Shown here: one piece after another, positions 27,081-35,236 of the stretch
How positions within the stretch are numbered: the stretch's first letter is position 1
How the letters are laid out: every line of letters starts with the position of its first letter
Source: an uncultured Clostridia bacterium
GTDB lineage: Bacteria > Bacillota > Clostridia > Oscillospirales > Ruminococcaceae
Direction: 5' to 3'
Length of the DNA: 64,000 nt
Assembly (NCBI GenBank): GCA_947177735.1
Contig: CAMWVP010000001.1
Span: forward strand, 1,761-65,760
Notes under the pieces: generated by a model
The model's database searches: none
The model's input: only the letters and a program-made list of their open reading frames with translations
Told to the model about the DNA's origin: nothing
Position numbers and translations under genes: made by a program

Positions 27081-28292
27081 ATGGCGAAAAGTCCCGTTGA
27101 GGTCTGGTTGTGGCTGCTTATGGTAATGCAGCCCTACAACCCCAAAACCAACGAAATACTGGCGCAGTGCGGCGGAGACGCGACGGCTGCCTCAAAAATG
27201 GTGCGCGACGGGCAGTTCCCGTTTCTGAACGAGAAGGAGCGAAAGCGCGCCGAGCAGGTGCGCATGAGCGCCATAAGACCTATTCTGGAGATGTGCAGCA
27301 AGAACGGTATCCGCATAGTGACGCTCGATGACGACGAGTATCCGAACGCCCTGCGCGAAATCGTAGATCCTCCGATACTGCTGTTCACGGCGGGCAGTCT
27401 CGAGGGGCTGAACGAACAGACGGCGATCGCCGCGGTGGGCGCGAGGAACGTCTCCGACTACGGCAGAGCGGCAGCCGAGGGCATTCTGACGCCGCTCGCC
27501 AAGATGGGCATCGCGATAGTCAGCGGTCTCGCGGTAGGCGCGGACAGCGCCGCTCACCGCGCGGCATTGATGGGTCACGGGCGCACGATAGGCGTGCTCG
27601 GGTGCGGCATACTTGTAAACTATCCCGCCGAAAACGCGCAGCTGAAGCGCGATATAGTCGACAACGGCGGCGCTGTTATCAGCGAGCTGCTCCCGACGGC
27701 AAGAACGTATGCCGCTTACTTCCGCCACAGGAACCGCATAATATCGGGGCTCTGTTCGGGCACTCTCATCATTGAGGCGGGCGAGAAAAGCGGCTCGCTA
27801 CTGACTGCGGCACACGCCATAGATCAGGGACGCGAGGTGTTCTGCATACCGCCGCACGACATCTTCTCCAAGCGGTACAGCGGCGTTGTTCCGCTGCTGC
27901 GTGAGGGCGCCGTGCCCGTGTTCGGGTATACCGATATCGTTGAGCGTCTGCTCTCCGACTACTCGGACAGAGAGCGCATTCTGAATATGCTTGATGAGCC
28001 GGAGGAGCTATCCAAGGAGGAGACCCGTAAGCCGCAACCTGCCGAAAAAAAGTCCGCCAAAGCCGCACCGCCCGCCGAAATCCCCAAGTCGGCGATCGAG
28101 GATATCCTCACGGGGCTGCAGCCCGACGAGGCGGCGGTACTGAAAGCCATCGCCGAGAAGCCCGCGGGAATGGACGAGCTCGTGGAGCGCTGCGGAATGG
28201 AATACTCCGCGCTCTCCGAAACGATAACCAATCTCGAGCTATTCGGACACGTAACGCGCGGAATGGACGGAAGCTACTACGTTTCAACATAA
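27081..28292 (+). CDS. dprA: DNA-processing protein DprA
   Basis: YPNALREIVDPP, VGAR, VSGLAVGAD, FRHRNRIISGL, EAGEKSGSL; C-terminal winged helix. Confidence 0.93.
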   Translation: MAKSPVEVWLWLLMVMQPYNPKTNEILAQCGGDATAASKMVRDGQFPFLNEKERKRAEQVRMSAIRPILEMCSKNGIRIVTLDDDEYPNALREIVDPPILLFTAGSLEGLNEQTAIAAVGARNVSDYGRAAAEGILTPLAKMGIAIVSGLAVGADSAAHRAALMGHGRTIGVLGCGILVNYPAENAQLKRDIVDNGGAVISELLPTARTYAAYFRHRNRIISGLCSGTLIIEAGEKSGSLLTAAHAIDQGREVFCIPPHDIFSKRYSGVVPLLREGAVPVFGYTDIVERLLSDYSDRERILNMLDEPEELSKEETRKPQPAEKKSAKAAPPAEIPKSAIEDILTGLQPDEAAVLKAIAEKPAGMDELVERCGMEYSALSETITNLELFGHVTRGMDGSYYVST

Positions 28293-28308
28293 TAGGAAGG
28301 AGCACATA

Positions 28309-29535
28309 ATGAAAAGATACGCAGCGTTTGCAGCAGCGGCGCTTATGCTGATACTAACAGCCTGCAACAACACACATGAGGACAGCTTTCCCGAATCCGA
28401 AAGCTCTTCGAGTTCAGCGAGTTCATCGAACAGCTCAAGCTCGTCCGAGTCATCGGCTTCGATAAGCACTTCAAGCTCAACAAGCTCGGGCATCTCCCCC
28501 GAAAACTCGCCGCAAGGCTCCGCAGACGCCGCGCCCGACACTCCGTCGGAGGAAAGGGAGGTCGTGCTTCCCGACAACTTCAAGATCGCGGACTACATAA
28601 CCGATTTCGAGGACATAGAACTTTGCGGCTGCTCGTATATAAGCGAGCTCTCGTTCCCGCAGGCGGACGTGTCCGCTGTCGAAAAGGCTGTCGAGGCGTA
28701 CAAGAGCTCTTATTTGTACTCGGACGTCGTCGAGGAGCTGTCGGAAATGTACAGATACGAAAACGGCGAGCTTGTTCTTAACGAAGAATACGAGATGCAC
28801 AACCGCGCTCATCAGCTGCGAGATTATATCGACGAGACCGCCGCGCCCGAGATAGCTCTGAAAACCGAAACGCTGAAATCCTATAAGACGGTCGACGGGA
28901 ACCTTATTATGCTGCGCACCGCTCTGCATCTGGAGTGGCAGGATTGGTCGGGCTCCGGTCGGTGTTATATTCCCGTTTACGTCAACGCCGACGGCGAGGC
29001 GCATATTCTGTACGACGCGATCTCTCAGGACTACGGCGGGTTCGAGCTTATGTCCTGCGGCGGCGGCAGCATTTTCGCGATGTTCAACTTCGGACACAAT
29101 CAGGCAAGTCAACGCGGAGCGATCTGCTCGTTCAAGGACGGCAAGCCCAAGACGGAGCTGTCGGGCTGCCCGTTTTCGATCTATAACGGACTGCTGCTTG
29201 GCGGATACGGCTGGGATTGCTTTGAGCCGTATATGTACGACGAGAAAAGCGGGGAGTTCTGCGCACTCGCGGGTGTCTCTCCGAGCGAGGAGCTGGCGGA
29301 GCTCATCTGCTCCGACAAGCTGATCTGTACCCTGGTTCCCGACGCTTGGGAGGCCTACCAAAAGGGCAGGCTGCAAATAATCGGCGGCACATACGTCACG
29401 TTCATAACGGGAATACCGTGGAACGACTCAACATTTGTATACAACGGTTCAAGCTTTGAGCTTGTCGAGCCCGTGACCGCCACCAACAGCCCTATCCCAA
29501 AACAGATAACGAGGGTCTGCAACATCAAGCTGTGA
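28309..29535 (+). CDS. Lipoprotein with Ser-rich linker, unknown function
   Basis: Lipobox LTAC at residues 16-19; ~35-residue poly-Ser tract. Confidence 0.8.
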   Translation: MKRYAAFAAAALMLILTACNNTHEDSFPESESSSSSASSSNSSSSSESSASISTSSSTSSGISPENSPQGSADAAPDTPSEEREVVLPDNFKIADYITDFEDIELCGCSYISELSFPQADVSAVEKAVEAYKSSYLYSDVVEELSEMYRYENGELVLNEEYEMHNRAHQLRDYIDETAAPEIALKTETLKSYKTVDGNLIMLRTALHLEWQDWSGSGRCYIPVYVNADGEAHILYDAISQDYGGFELMSCGGGSIFAMFNFGHNQASQRGAICSFKDGKPKTELSGCPFSIYNGLLLGGYGWDCFEPYMYDEKSGEFCALAGVSPSEELAELICSDKLICTLVPDAWEAYQKGRLQIIGGTYVTFITGIPWNDSTFVYNGSSFELVEPVTATNSPIPKQITRVCNIKL

Positions 29536-29600
29536 TCGGCTGCTTTCAAGAGCACGATCATACCGTTATAAATTCGAACCGCGCCTTGCAAGGGCGCGGT

Positions 29601-29692
29601 CAGTCTGTAGAAAAAGTCTTAAAAAATGGGGTTTCCAAAGGGGCGAAGCCCCTTTGGCAGGGAGTGGGGGCGGAGCCCCCGCATCCTCTCCC
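29601..29692 (+). repeat. MITE outer end fused to a REP-like GC hairpin element (copy G)
   Basis: CAGTCTGTAGAAAAAGTC followed by CCAAAGGGG-CGAAG-CCCCTTTGG and GGGGCGGAGCCCC hairpins; directly after terminator ACCGCGCC-TTGCAA-GGGCGCGGT. Confidence 0.6.
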
Positions 29693-29714
29693 CCCCTCTT
29701 AGAGGAGTTTTTAG

Positions 29715-30356
29715 TTATATTGCTTTTATTCTGCCCTTGACCAGCTTGATAATAAACACGATCGCCGAGCTTAACATCAGATTTATCGCAAGCTCGACAA
29801 GGAAATTCCAGCCTACCATGCCGACTATTACATACAGCAGTACGTTTTCCGCTATACCTTTTTCGGCAGCCCATGCGGCAGCCAATCCGTGAACTATCTC
29901 CATGAAGAACATAAAGCAGCCGAGCAGGAAAACTCCCGTATTGACTATCGGCGCGGCTATTCCCGATACTATGACCGCAGCGGTGCGGTTTTTCTTTTCT
30001 ATCAGAGAGTAGAGAAGTCCCGCGCACAAGCCCGCGAGCGTGCCTTTAAGCAGCACCGTAACCAGCGTCGCGGGAACGCTTATTGCCATAAACGCGGCGA
30101 CGTCGGGCGTGAACATCACGATAGCTCCGAATACGAATCCGAGCAATGCGCCCGCTTTCCAGCCATACAGAGCCGCGCCGATTATGATCGGTACAAGCGT
30201 GAGCGTAATGCTGAACGGGCCTAATCTGATACCGCTCGCAAACACCTGAAGCACTGCAACAAGCGCGGTGAGCATTCCCATTCCGACAACGGTCTGCGTT
30301 TTCTTTTTATTCCAGTTGGATTTACGCGGTTCTTTCAATTTGAAATTGAAATCCAT
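29715..30356 (-). CDS. ECF transporter S component (probably pantothenate)
   Basis: About 6 TM; PIIIGAALYGWKAGALLG and APIVNTGVF motifs; co-oriented immediately downstream of coaX. Confidence 0.8.
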   Translation of the reverse strand: MDFNFKLKEPRKSNWNKKKTQTVVGMGMLTALVAVLQVFASGIRLGPFSITLTLVPIIIGAALYGWKAGALLGFVFGAIVMFTPDVAAFMAISVPATLVTVLLKGTLAGLCAGLLYSLIEKKNRTAAVIVSGIAAPIVNTGVFLLGCFMFFMEIVHGLAAAWAAEKGIAENVLLYVIVGMVGWNFLVELAINLMLSSAIVFIIKLVKGRIKAI

Positions 30357-30391
30357 AATTACTCCTTTGCCGATGCATCGCCGGTCAACGG

Positions 30392-31165
30392 TTACTTGTT
30401 CTTCTTGTATATCTCCAGCAAGCCCTCCAGTATCAGGTTTTCATCCAGGATAAAGTCGGTCTTGCAAAGAGGCTTTATAGCGGCGGAGAATCCGCCCGTC
30501 GCGACGACGGTACACTTTTCGCCAATCTCGCGCTCGAAGCTCTCTATCATTCCGTCCAGCATATATGCCGTGCCGTTGAGCAGACCCGACCGCATACAGT
30601 CGATGGTGTTGGTACCGATCACCTTTTTTATGGGCTCGTTCGTTACTCCGATAAGCGGCAGCGCGGCGGTTTTCGCCGCGAGAGCTTCCGCGGATATCTT
30701 CACGCCGGGAGCAATGATACCGCCGATGAACGCGCCCGTCTTGTCAACGGCGAGTATCTTTGTCGCGGTGCCGAGGTCTATAACGATAGCGGGCAGGGGA
30801 TAGCGCTCCTTAGCGCCCACCGCTACCGCCGCCATATCCGCGCCGAGAGACGCGGGCTCGTCGATCTTTATGTTCAATCCCGTCTTTAACCCGGGACCTA
30901 CCGTCATTACCTTGCAGCCGCATATTTTCTCAACGGCGGCGCGGAGCTGTCCCGTTACGGGCGGCACTACCGACGACAATATCGCGCCGTCTATCTCCCC
31001 GAAACGTATATCGTACAGCCGCAGGATATCCGCGAGCGATATCGCGTACTGATCCTCCATCCTCGCCCAGTCCGTGGAAATGCGCGACTCGAAAACAAGC
31101 TGTTCGCTGTCGTCAAATCCGCCGAATTGCGTATTGGTGTTGCCTACGTCTATCGTAAGTATCAT
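30392..31165 (-). CDS. coaX: Type III pantothenate kinase
   Basis: IDVGNTNT, SSVVP, LGAD, IDLGTATK, GGIIAPG and ATGG motifs. Confidence 0.95.
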   Translation of the reverse strand: MILTIDVGNTNTQFGGFDDSEQLVFESRISTDWARMEDQYAISLADILRLYDIRFGEIDGAILSSVVPPVTGQLRAAVEKICGCKVMTVGPGLKTGLNIKIDEPASLGADMAAVAVGAKERYPLPAIVIDLGTATKILAVDKTGAFIGGIIAPGVKISAEALAAKTAALPLIGVTNEPIKKVIGTNTIDCMRSGLLNGTAYMLDGMIESFEREIGEKCTVVATGGFSAAIKPLCKTDFILDENLILEGLLEIYKKNK

Positions 31166-31201
31166 GGTTGTTTCCTCCCGTTACGTTATTTATATTTCCT
31201 T

Positions 31202-31819
31202 CTACGCTTTGCCCTCGGTGATAAATTCCGAATACAGACGGAGATTTTCCTCGCTTGCAGGGAGCTTCAGCATTGTGTATTCGTGCTTGCCTTGGGATTG
31301 GAAGCAGAGCATTCCGTCCTCGATTTTGGCGGCGGTTTCTTTCGGCTTTATATCGCCGAACATGTATACGCCTTGTTTGGTTATGTACGCGCCGTTGAGC
31401 AGGGCTGACGCCGTAAAGAAAATCGCGGAACACGCCTGAATCTCCATCGCATGACGTTCTCGGTCGTACTTTTTCCGATACTCGGCAAACAGCTCTTCAG
31501 TCGAGGACTGCTCGTCCACGGGAGGAATGGGCGTGACGTCCCAGTTGTAATATTCCTTATGAAATCTTTGAAACCCGAGCCTTTGCACGTCGCCCATTGT
31601 CTTTTTGTATTCAGCGCAATCGACCGCTCTTGCAATCACTACCATGATACTCAGCGCGGCACATACAACCATAATTACAAAACTTTCGGTTTTCACAGGA
31701 CGTTTCACGCGGATAATGCCCGCCTTTTTCGCTCTTACGCGCAAAATCACGGAGATAACGGCAAAATAAATTATTGCCGCCGCTGCCAGACAGATCAGTA
31801 TGATATCCCATACGCTCAT
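31202..31819 (-). CDS. Hypothetical membrane protein
   Basis: RBS GGAGGAC; three hydrophobic segments. Confidence 0.7.
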   Translation of the reverse strand: MSVWDIILICLAAAAIIYFAVISVILRVRAKKAGIIRVKRPVKTESFVIMVVCAALSIMVVIARAVDCAEYKKTMGDVQRLGFQRFHKEYYNWDVTPIPPVDEQSSTEELFAEYRKKYDRERHAMEIQACSAIFFTASALLNGAYITKQGVYMFGDIKPKETAAKIEDGMLCFQSQGKHEYTMLKLPASEENLRLYSEFITEGKA

Positions 31820-31898
31820 ATGATGTCCTCCCTTGATGTGTTACCTTATTATAACACTTTTTCGCGGAAAAATCAACCGTTGATATCCTTACGGCGTT

Positions 31899-32342
31899 TT
31901 ATTTCTTGACCTCCAATATCATATTGATATGCTCGATACCGTCGTCGTCAAACGGCTCGGAGCACTGCACGAAGCCGAATTTCTCATAAAAGCCCTTGGC
32001 GTAGTGCTGAGCCATTATCTTGAGCTTGTCGGTATTGTACTTTTCCAGCGCGAACTTTATGCCCTCGCGCATTATCACCGCGCCGTAACCCTGACCGCGC
32101 CGCACGGTGATTATCCTGCCGACCGAAGCCTCCTCGAACGCCACGCCCTTGTCGAGCGTGCGCAGATACGCGATTATTCCGTTCTCATCGCGAAGCCACA
32201 TATGGTAGGCGTTTCGGTCCTTGTCGTCAAGCTCGCGGTATGGGCATTTCTGCTCCACCACGAAAATATCCACACGCGCTTGTATTATATCGTAAAGCTC
32301 GTCGGTCGACAGCTCCGTGAAATGTTTTATAATCAGCTCCAT
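31899..32342 (-). CDS. GNAT acetyltransferase (ElaA-like)
   Basis: R..IFVVEQKCPYRELD, GRIITVRRGQGYG, AQHYAKGFYEKFGF; start ATG 32342 after GAGGT. Confidence 0.9.
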   Translation of the reverse strand: MELIIKHFTELSTDELYDIIQARVDIFVVEQKCPYRELDDKDRNAYHMWLRDENGIIAYLRTLDKGVAFEEASVGRIITVRRGQGYGAVIMREGIKFALEKYNTDKLKIMAQHYAKGFYEKFGFVQCSEPFDDDGIEHINMILEVKK

Positions 32343-32343
32343 T

Positions 32344-32778
32344 TTAACCTCCGAATCTTTCCAATAAATCTTCCGGATACGCTTTAGTCCAATGGTACGG
32401 CTGCAATTCACCAAGCGAAACAAACACCGGAGAATCGTCCTCTGTTGTAACTGCACATTGAACATCGTCTCCCCAAAACCGCAACCGTTCCTGACAGATA
32501 CCGCATGGCGACAATATCCTAAACGACGAGCTTTCATCATCACGGACAAGGCAAAGGCAATGCGTTACACGTTCGTTGAATTTGTGAGCTTCGAGCATTG
32601 CACCCGTTTCTATACACAAAGCAGCGGAAGCGTTCGCGCACTCGATTGAAACGCTAGTGTAGAATTTGCCGTTCTCTGTACGAACTACCGCCGCCCCGCC
32701 CCAACCTGTCGGGTAACGGCGTTCGATAAGCTCTGCGGCGCGTTTGTACAATTCCCGTTCAATGTCGGTATTACTCAT
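32344..32778 (-). CDS. Cytidine/blasticidin-S deaminase-like Zn deaminase
   Basis: CIE ... SPCGICQE zinc/catalytic motifs. Confidence 0.85.
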   Translation of the reverse strand: MSNTDIERELYKRAAELIERRYPTGWGGAAVVRTENGKFYTSVSIECANASAALCIETGAMLEAHKFNERVTHCLCLVRDDESSSFRILSPCGICQERLRFWGDDVQCAVTTEDDSPVFVSLGELQPYHWTKAYPEDLLERFGG

Positions 32779-32834
32779 TTTTATCCCTTTCGTATTTGAC
32801 ATATATTTATGTATGCTGAATTAGATGTTCTGTT

Positions 32835-33395
32835 TTAAACGTGCGCATTGTATTCTTCGGCGAGAATCCCGTAAATGCAGGTGTCGCAGATGCCCGAATT
32901 GTTGAAATCGGCTTGGCGGAGAGTGCCCTCGTACTTCATTCCGCACTTTTCCATAACCTTGCCCGAGTTGGGATTTCGCGGGTCGTGTTCCGAGTAAACG
33001 CGGTTTACGCCGACCTCCTCGAAAAAGAACTTTATCACCGCCGCCAGCGCCTCGCTCGTATAGCCGCGCCGCCACCACTTCTCGCCGATACAATAGCCGA
33101 TCTCGACGCTTTTCGCCTTTTCGTTAAACGCGACAGCGCCCATTGACCCGATAGGCTCGCCAAGTTCTTTGAGCACAATCGCCCAATCGTAAGTATCGAT
33201 TTTCTTGTAGTTCTCCAATTGAAAATTTATGTAATCACGCATTGCCGAAATATCGCGGTAGGTTTCCCAGCGCAGAAATTTTGTTACTGCATCGCTTGAA
33301 GTCCAGTTTTTAAACGCGGCTTCCGCGTCGTCCGCGGTAAATCTCCGCAGTATCAGCCGCTCCGTTTCGAGCGTTACCGTGCCTTTATGTTCCAT
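32835..33395 (-). CDS. GNAT acetyltransferase (RimJ/RimL family)
   Basis: LETERLILR, EIGYCIGEKWWRRGYTSEAL, NPNSGKVMEKCGM. Confidence 0.9.
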   Translation of the reverse strand: MEHKGTVTLETERLILRRFTADDAEAAFKNWTSSDAVTKFLRWETYRDISAMRDYINFQLENYKKIDTYDWAIVLKELGEPIGSMGAVAFNEKAKSVEIGYCIGEKWWRRGYTSEALAAVIKFFFEEVGVNRVYSEHDPRNPNSGKVMEKCGMKYEGTLRQADFNNSGICDTCIYGILAEEYNAHV

Positions 33396-33475
33396 AATAT
33401 CACTCCTTGTCGATCATTACTTTATTATATCATAACGGGTAATTTTTGTCAATCGGCGGTTTTTGTGTTCTGGTG

Positions 33476-33620
33476 TTGACAAAATAAAAGCTCTGTGCTA
33501 TAATAACATTGAAACCGAATAGACTGCTTAAAATCAACAATTCGCTGTATTGCAGTACGGGAGAGGTTTTTGCGTAACGCTATGCTCTTTGCCGGCTGCA
33601 TTTTATCGTTGACCCCTGCT
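33476..33620. pseudogene. Decayed second Fst-type TA copy (antitoxin-like promoter plus terminator/3' remnant)
   Basis: TTGACA-17-TGcTATAAT followed by ATTGAAA; GTATTGCAGTACGGG identical to the intact locus; minus strand CCGGCAAAGAGCATAGC resembles TCGGCAAGAGCCTAGC; no intact toxin ORF. Confidence 0.55.
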
Positions 33621-33707
33621 TGCTGGTCTCTTTTAAGATAATGGTTACCGGGATAAAACTCCGGCAATTATACCGACTCATGTTGAATTTTGCAGAGGAG
33701 AGAATTT

Positions 33708-34277
33708 ATGCTAAAAGAGTGTTTGTGGATCCCTAAGCTTGAAACAGAAAGACTTTTTCTTAGGAAACTGACACCAACCGATGCTGACGACCTGCGCGAA
33801 TGGCTGGGATTGGATATTGTTTATAAATATTGGGGTCGCTCTGCAGGCAAAGGCGAGAAAAATCCGGAACTTCTATTTATTGATCCAAGACCAAATGTCA
33901 AGCGTAAACCGTCCCATGATTTTATATGGGGGATTGAAAATAAAGAGGATAATAAGGTAATCGGAATTATAGAAGTATTTGATGTAGAAAATGACAGGCT
34001 TGGCAATATTGGATATAGGATAAATCCTAACTTTTGGAGCAAGGGAATTTGTACTGAAGCTTTAAAGCGTGTTGTAGATTTTATTTTTTTAGAGACAACG
34101 TTAGACAGACTGAACGCCGAAGCAGACATAGAAAATGTTGCGTCAAATACAGTTTTAAAGAAATGTGGATTTACACGTGAAGGCTGTATCAGAAATGGAA
34201 AGATGGGAAACAGATACTGCACTTACAACGTTTATGGATATATCAGAGAGGATTTTAGCGGCAATGCACCTAGATAA
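33708..34277 (+). CDS. GNAT acetyltransferase (RimJ/RimL family), AT-rich gene
   Basis: LETERLFLR, NIGYRINPNFWSKGICTEAL, NVASNTVLKKCGF; visibly lower GC than neighbours. Confidence 0.88.
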   Translation: MLKECLWIPKLETERLFLRKLTPTDADDLREWLGLDIVYKYWGRSAGKGEKNPELLFIDPRPNVKRKPSHDFIWGIENKEDNKVIGIIEVFDVENDRLGNIGYRINPNFWSKGICTEALKRVVDFIFLETTLDRLNAEADIENVASNTVLKKCGFTREGCIRNGKMGNRYCTYNVYGYIREDFSGNAPR

Positions 34278-34401
34278 ATTCCGGTTTATCGGGGAGCTAT
34301 CCGTTATGGATAGCTCCCCGTGCCGTTACTTTGACGAAGATTTTAGAAAAATGAACATCAGCAACCATAATCTGAAAAGGGAGCTTTTTTGGGTGTAGGG
34401 G

Positions 34402-34430
34402 TTGACATTTTTAAAATAATATGCTATAAT
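34402..34430 (+). promoter_or_regulatory. Antitoxin promoter
   Basis: TTGACA-17bp-TATAAT with extended TG. Confidence 0.8.
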
Positions 34431-34436
34431 GATATT

Positions 34437-34515
34437 GAAATTAAGTACGTTGCCGACTAAATCGGTCACCACAAAAATCGACACCCTCGTATTGCAGTAC
34501 GGGGGTGTCTTTTTT
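34437..34515 (+). ncRNA. Predicted type I antitoxin RNA (par/Fst-like)
   Basis: No ORF between strong promoter and shared terminator; carries TTGCCGACTA (34450-34459), repeated over the toxin stop codon (34527-34536), and a TCACC anti-SD-like stretch. Confidence 0.7.
34473..34515. terminator. Bidirectional terminator shared by toxin and antitoxin
   Basis: AAAAA-tc-GACACCCTCGTA...TACGGGGGTGTC-TTTTTT. Confidence 0.85.
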
Positions 34516-34533
34516 GTGCTAGGCTCTTGCCGA

Positions 34534-34620
34534 CTACTTTTTACCGTCGAGCCATTTGCAGATGTAGTAGGAGTAGATGCCTGCTATGACGGAAAGTATG
34601 AAATTAAACACGTTACCCAA
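34534..34620 (-). CDS. Fst/Ldr-family type I toxin peptide MGNVFNFILSVIAGIYSYYICKWLDGKK (28 aa; missing from ORF track)
   Basis: TTG start behind GGAGGAGGTG; hydrophobic helix then the characteristic S(V/I)xAG...YYICKWLD tail; own promoter TTGACT-17-TATAAT at about 34669-34697 (minus strand). Confidence 0.85.
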   Translation of the reverse strand: MGNVFNFILSVIAGIYSYYICKWLDGKK

Positions 34621-34718
34621 ATCAATCACCTCCTCCCCGAATTTGCTCGGTAGGAAGCCGGCTCTTTCATTATAGCATATTCGACAGGAAAAGTCAAATT
34701 TTACTATATTTCAAAATC

Positions 34719-34747
34719 GTATTTTTTCGCGTAATTTCAACAAAATA
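34719..34747 (+). promoter_or_regulatory. Putative sigma-G/F forespore promoter of spoVA operon
   Basis: GTATT-17bp-CAAAATA resembles the sigma-G consensus; directly upstream of spoVAC. Confidence 0.5.
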
Positions 34748-34782
34748 TTCGTATAACGGAATTTGAAAGGAGCGATTCTTTT

Positions 34783-35226
34783 ATGAATATATCAAATCAG
34801 GAATACGGCGAGCTTGCAAAGCGGCATTCTCCGCCGTCGGCTATGTACAAGACCATTCCGCTGGCGTTCGCTATCGGCGGCGGGATATGCGTTATCGGCG
34901 AGGCGATTCTGAATATGTTTCAGTATCTCGGGCTCGAACCCGACGAGGCGGGAATGTGGACGTCAATGCTGCTTATCTTCATGTCGGCGCTGCTGACGGG
35001 GCTCAAGCTCTATGACCGCATTGCCCAGCACGCGGGCGCGGGAACGCTCGTGCCGATAACCGGCTTCGCAAACTCGGTGGTATCGCCGGCGCTCGATTTC
35101 AAGAGCGAGGGCTTTGTGCTCGGTCTGGGCGCAAAGATGTTCGTCATAGCAGGTCCCGTCATAGTCTACGGCATTTCCGCGTCGGTGGTCTACGGGATCA
35201 TCTACTATATTACTACGCTGTTTTAA
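34783..35226 (+). CDS. spoVAC: Stage V sporulation protein AC
   Basis: AFAIGGGIC, AGAGTLVPITGFANSV, GAKMFVIAGPVIVYG. Confidence 0.93.
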   Translation: MNISNQEYGELAKRHSPPSAMYKTIPLAFAIGGGICVIGEAILNMFQYLGLEPDEAGMWTSMLLIFMSALLTGLKLYDRIAQHAGAGTLVPITGFANSVVSPALDFKSEGFVLGLGAKMFVIAGPVIVYGISASVVYGIIYYITTLF

Positions 35227-35236
35227 GGGGGATAAT

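Noticed and set aside
33449-33667. 72-aa minus-strand ORF as a second toxin
   Set aside because: Not hydrophobic and no SD; only a few codons resemble the Fst 3' end
34165-34398. 77-aa ORF overlapping the AT-rich GNAT
   Set aside because: No recognisable motif or RBS; probably junction debris of the inserted segment
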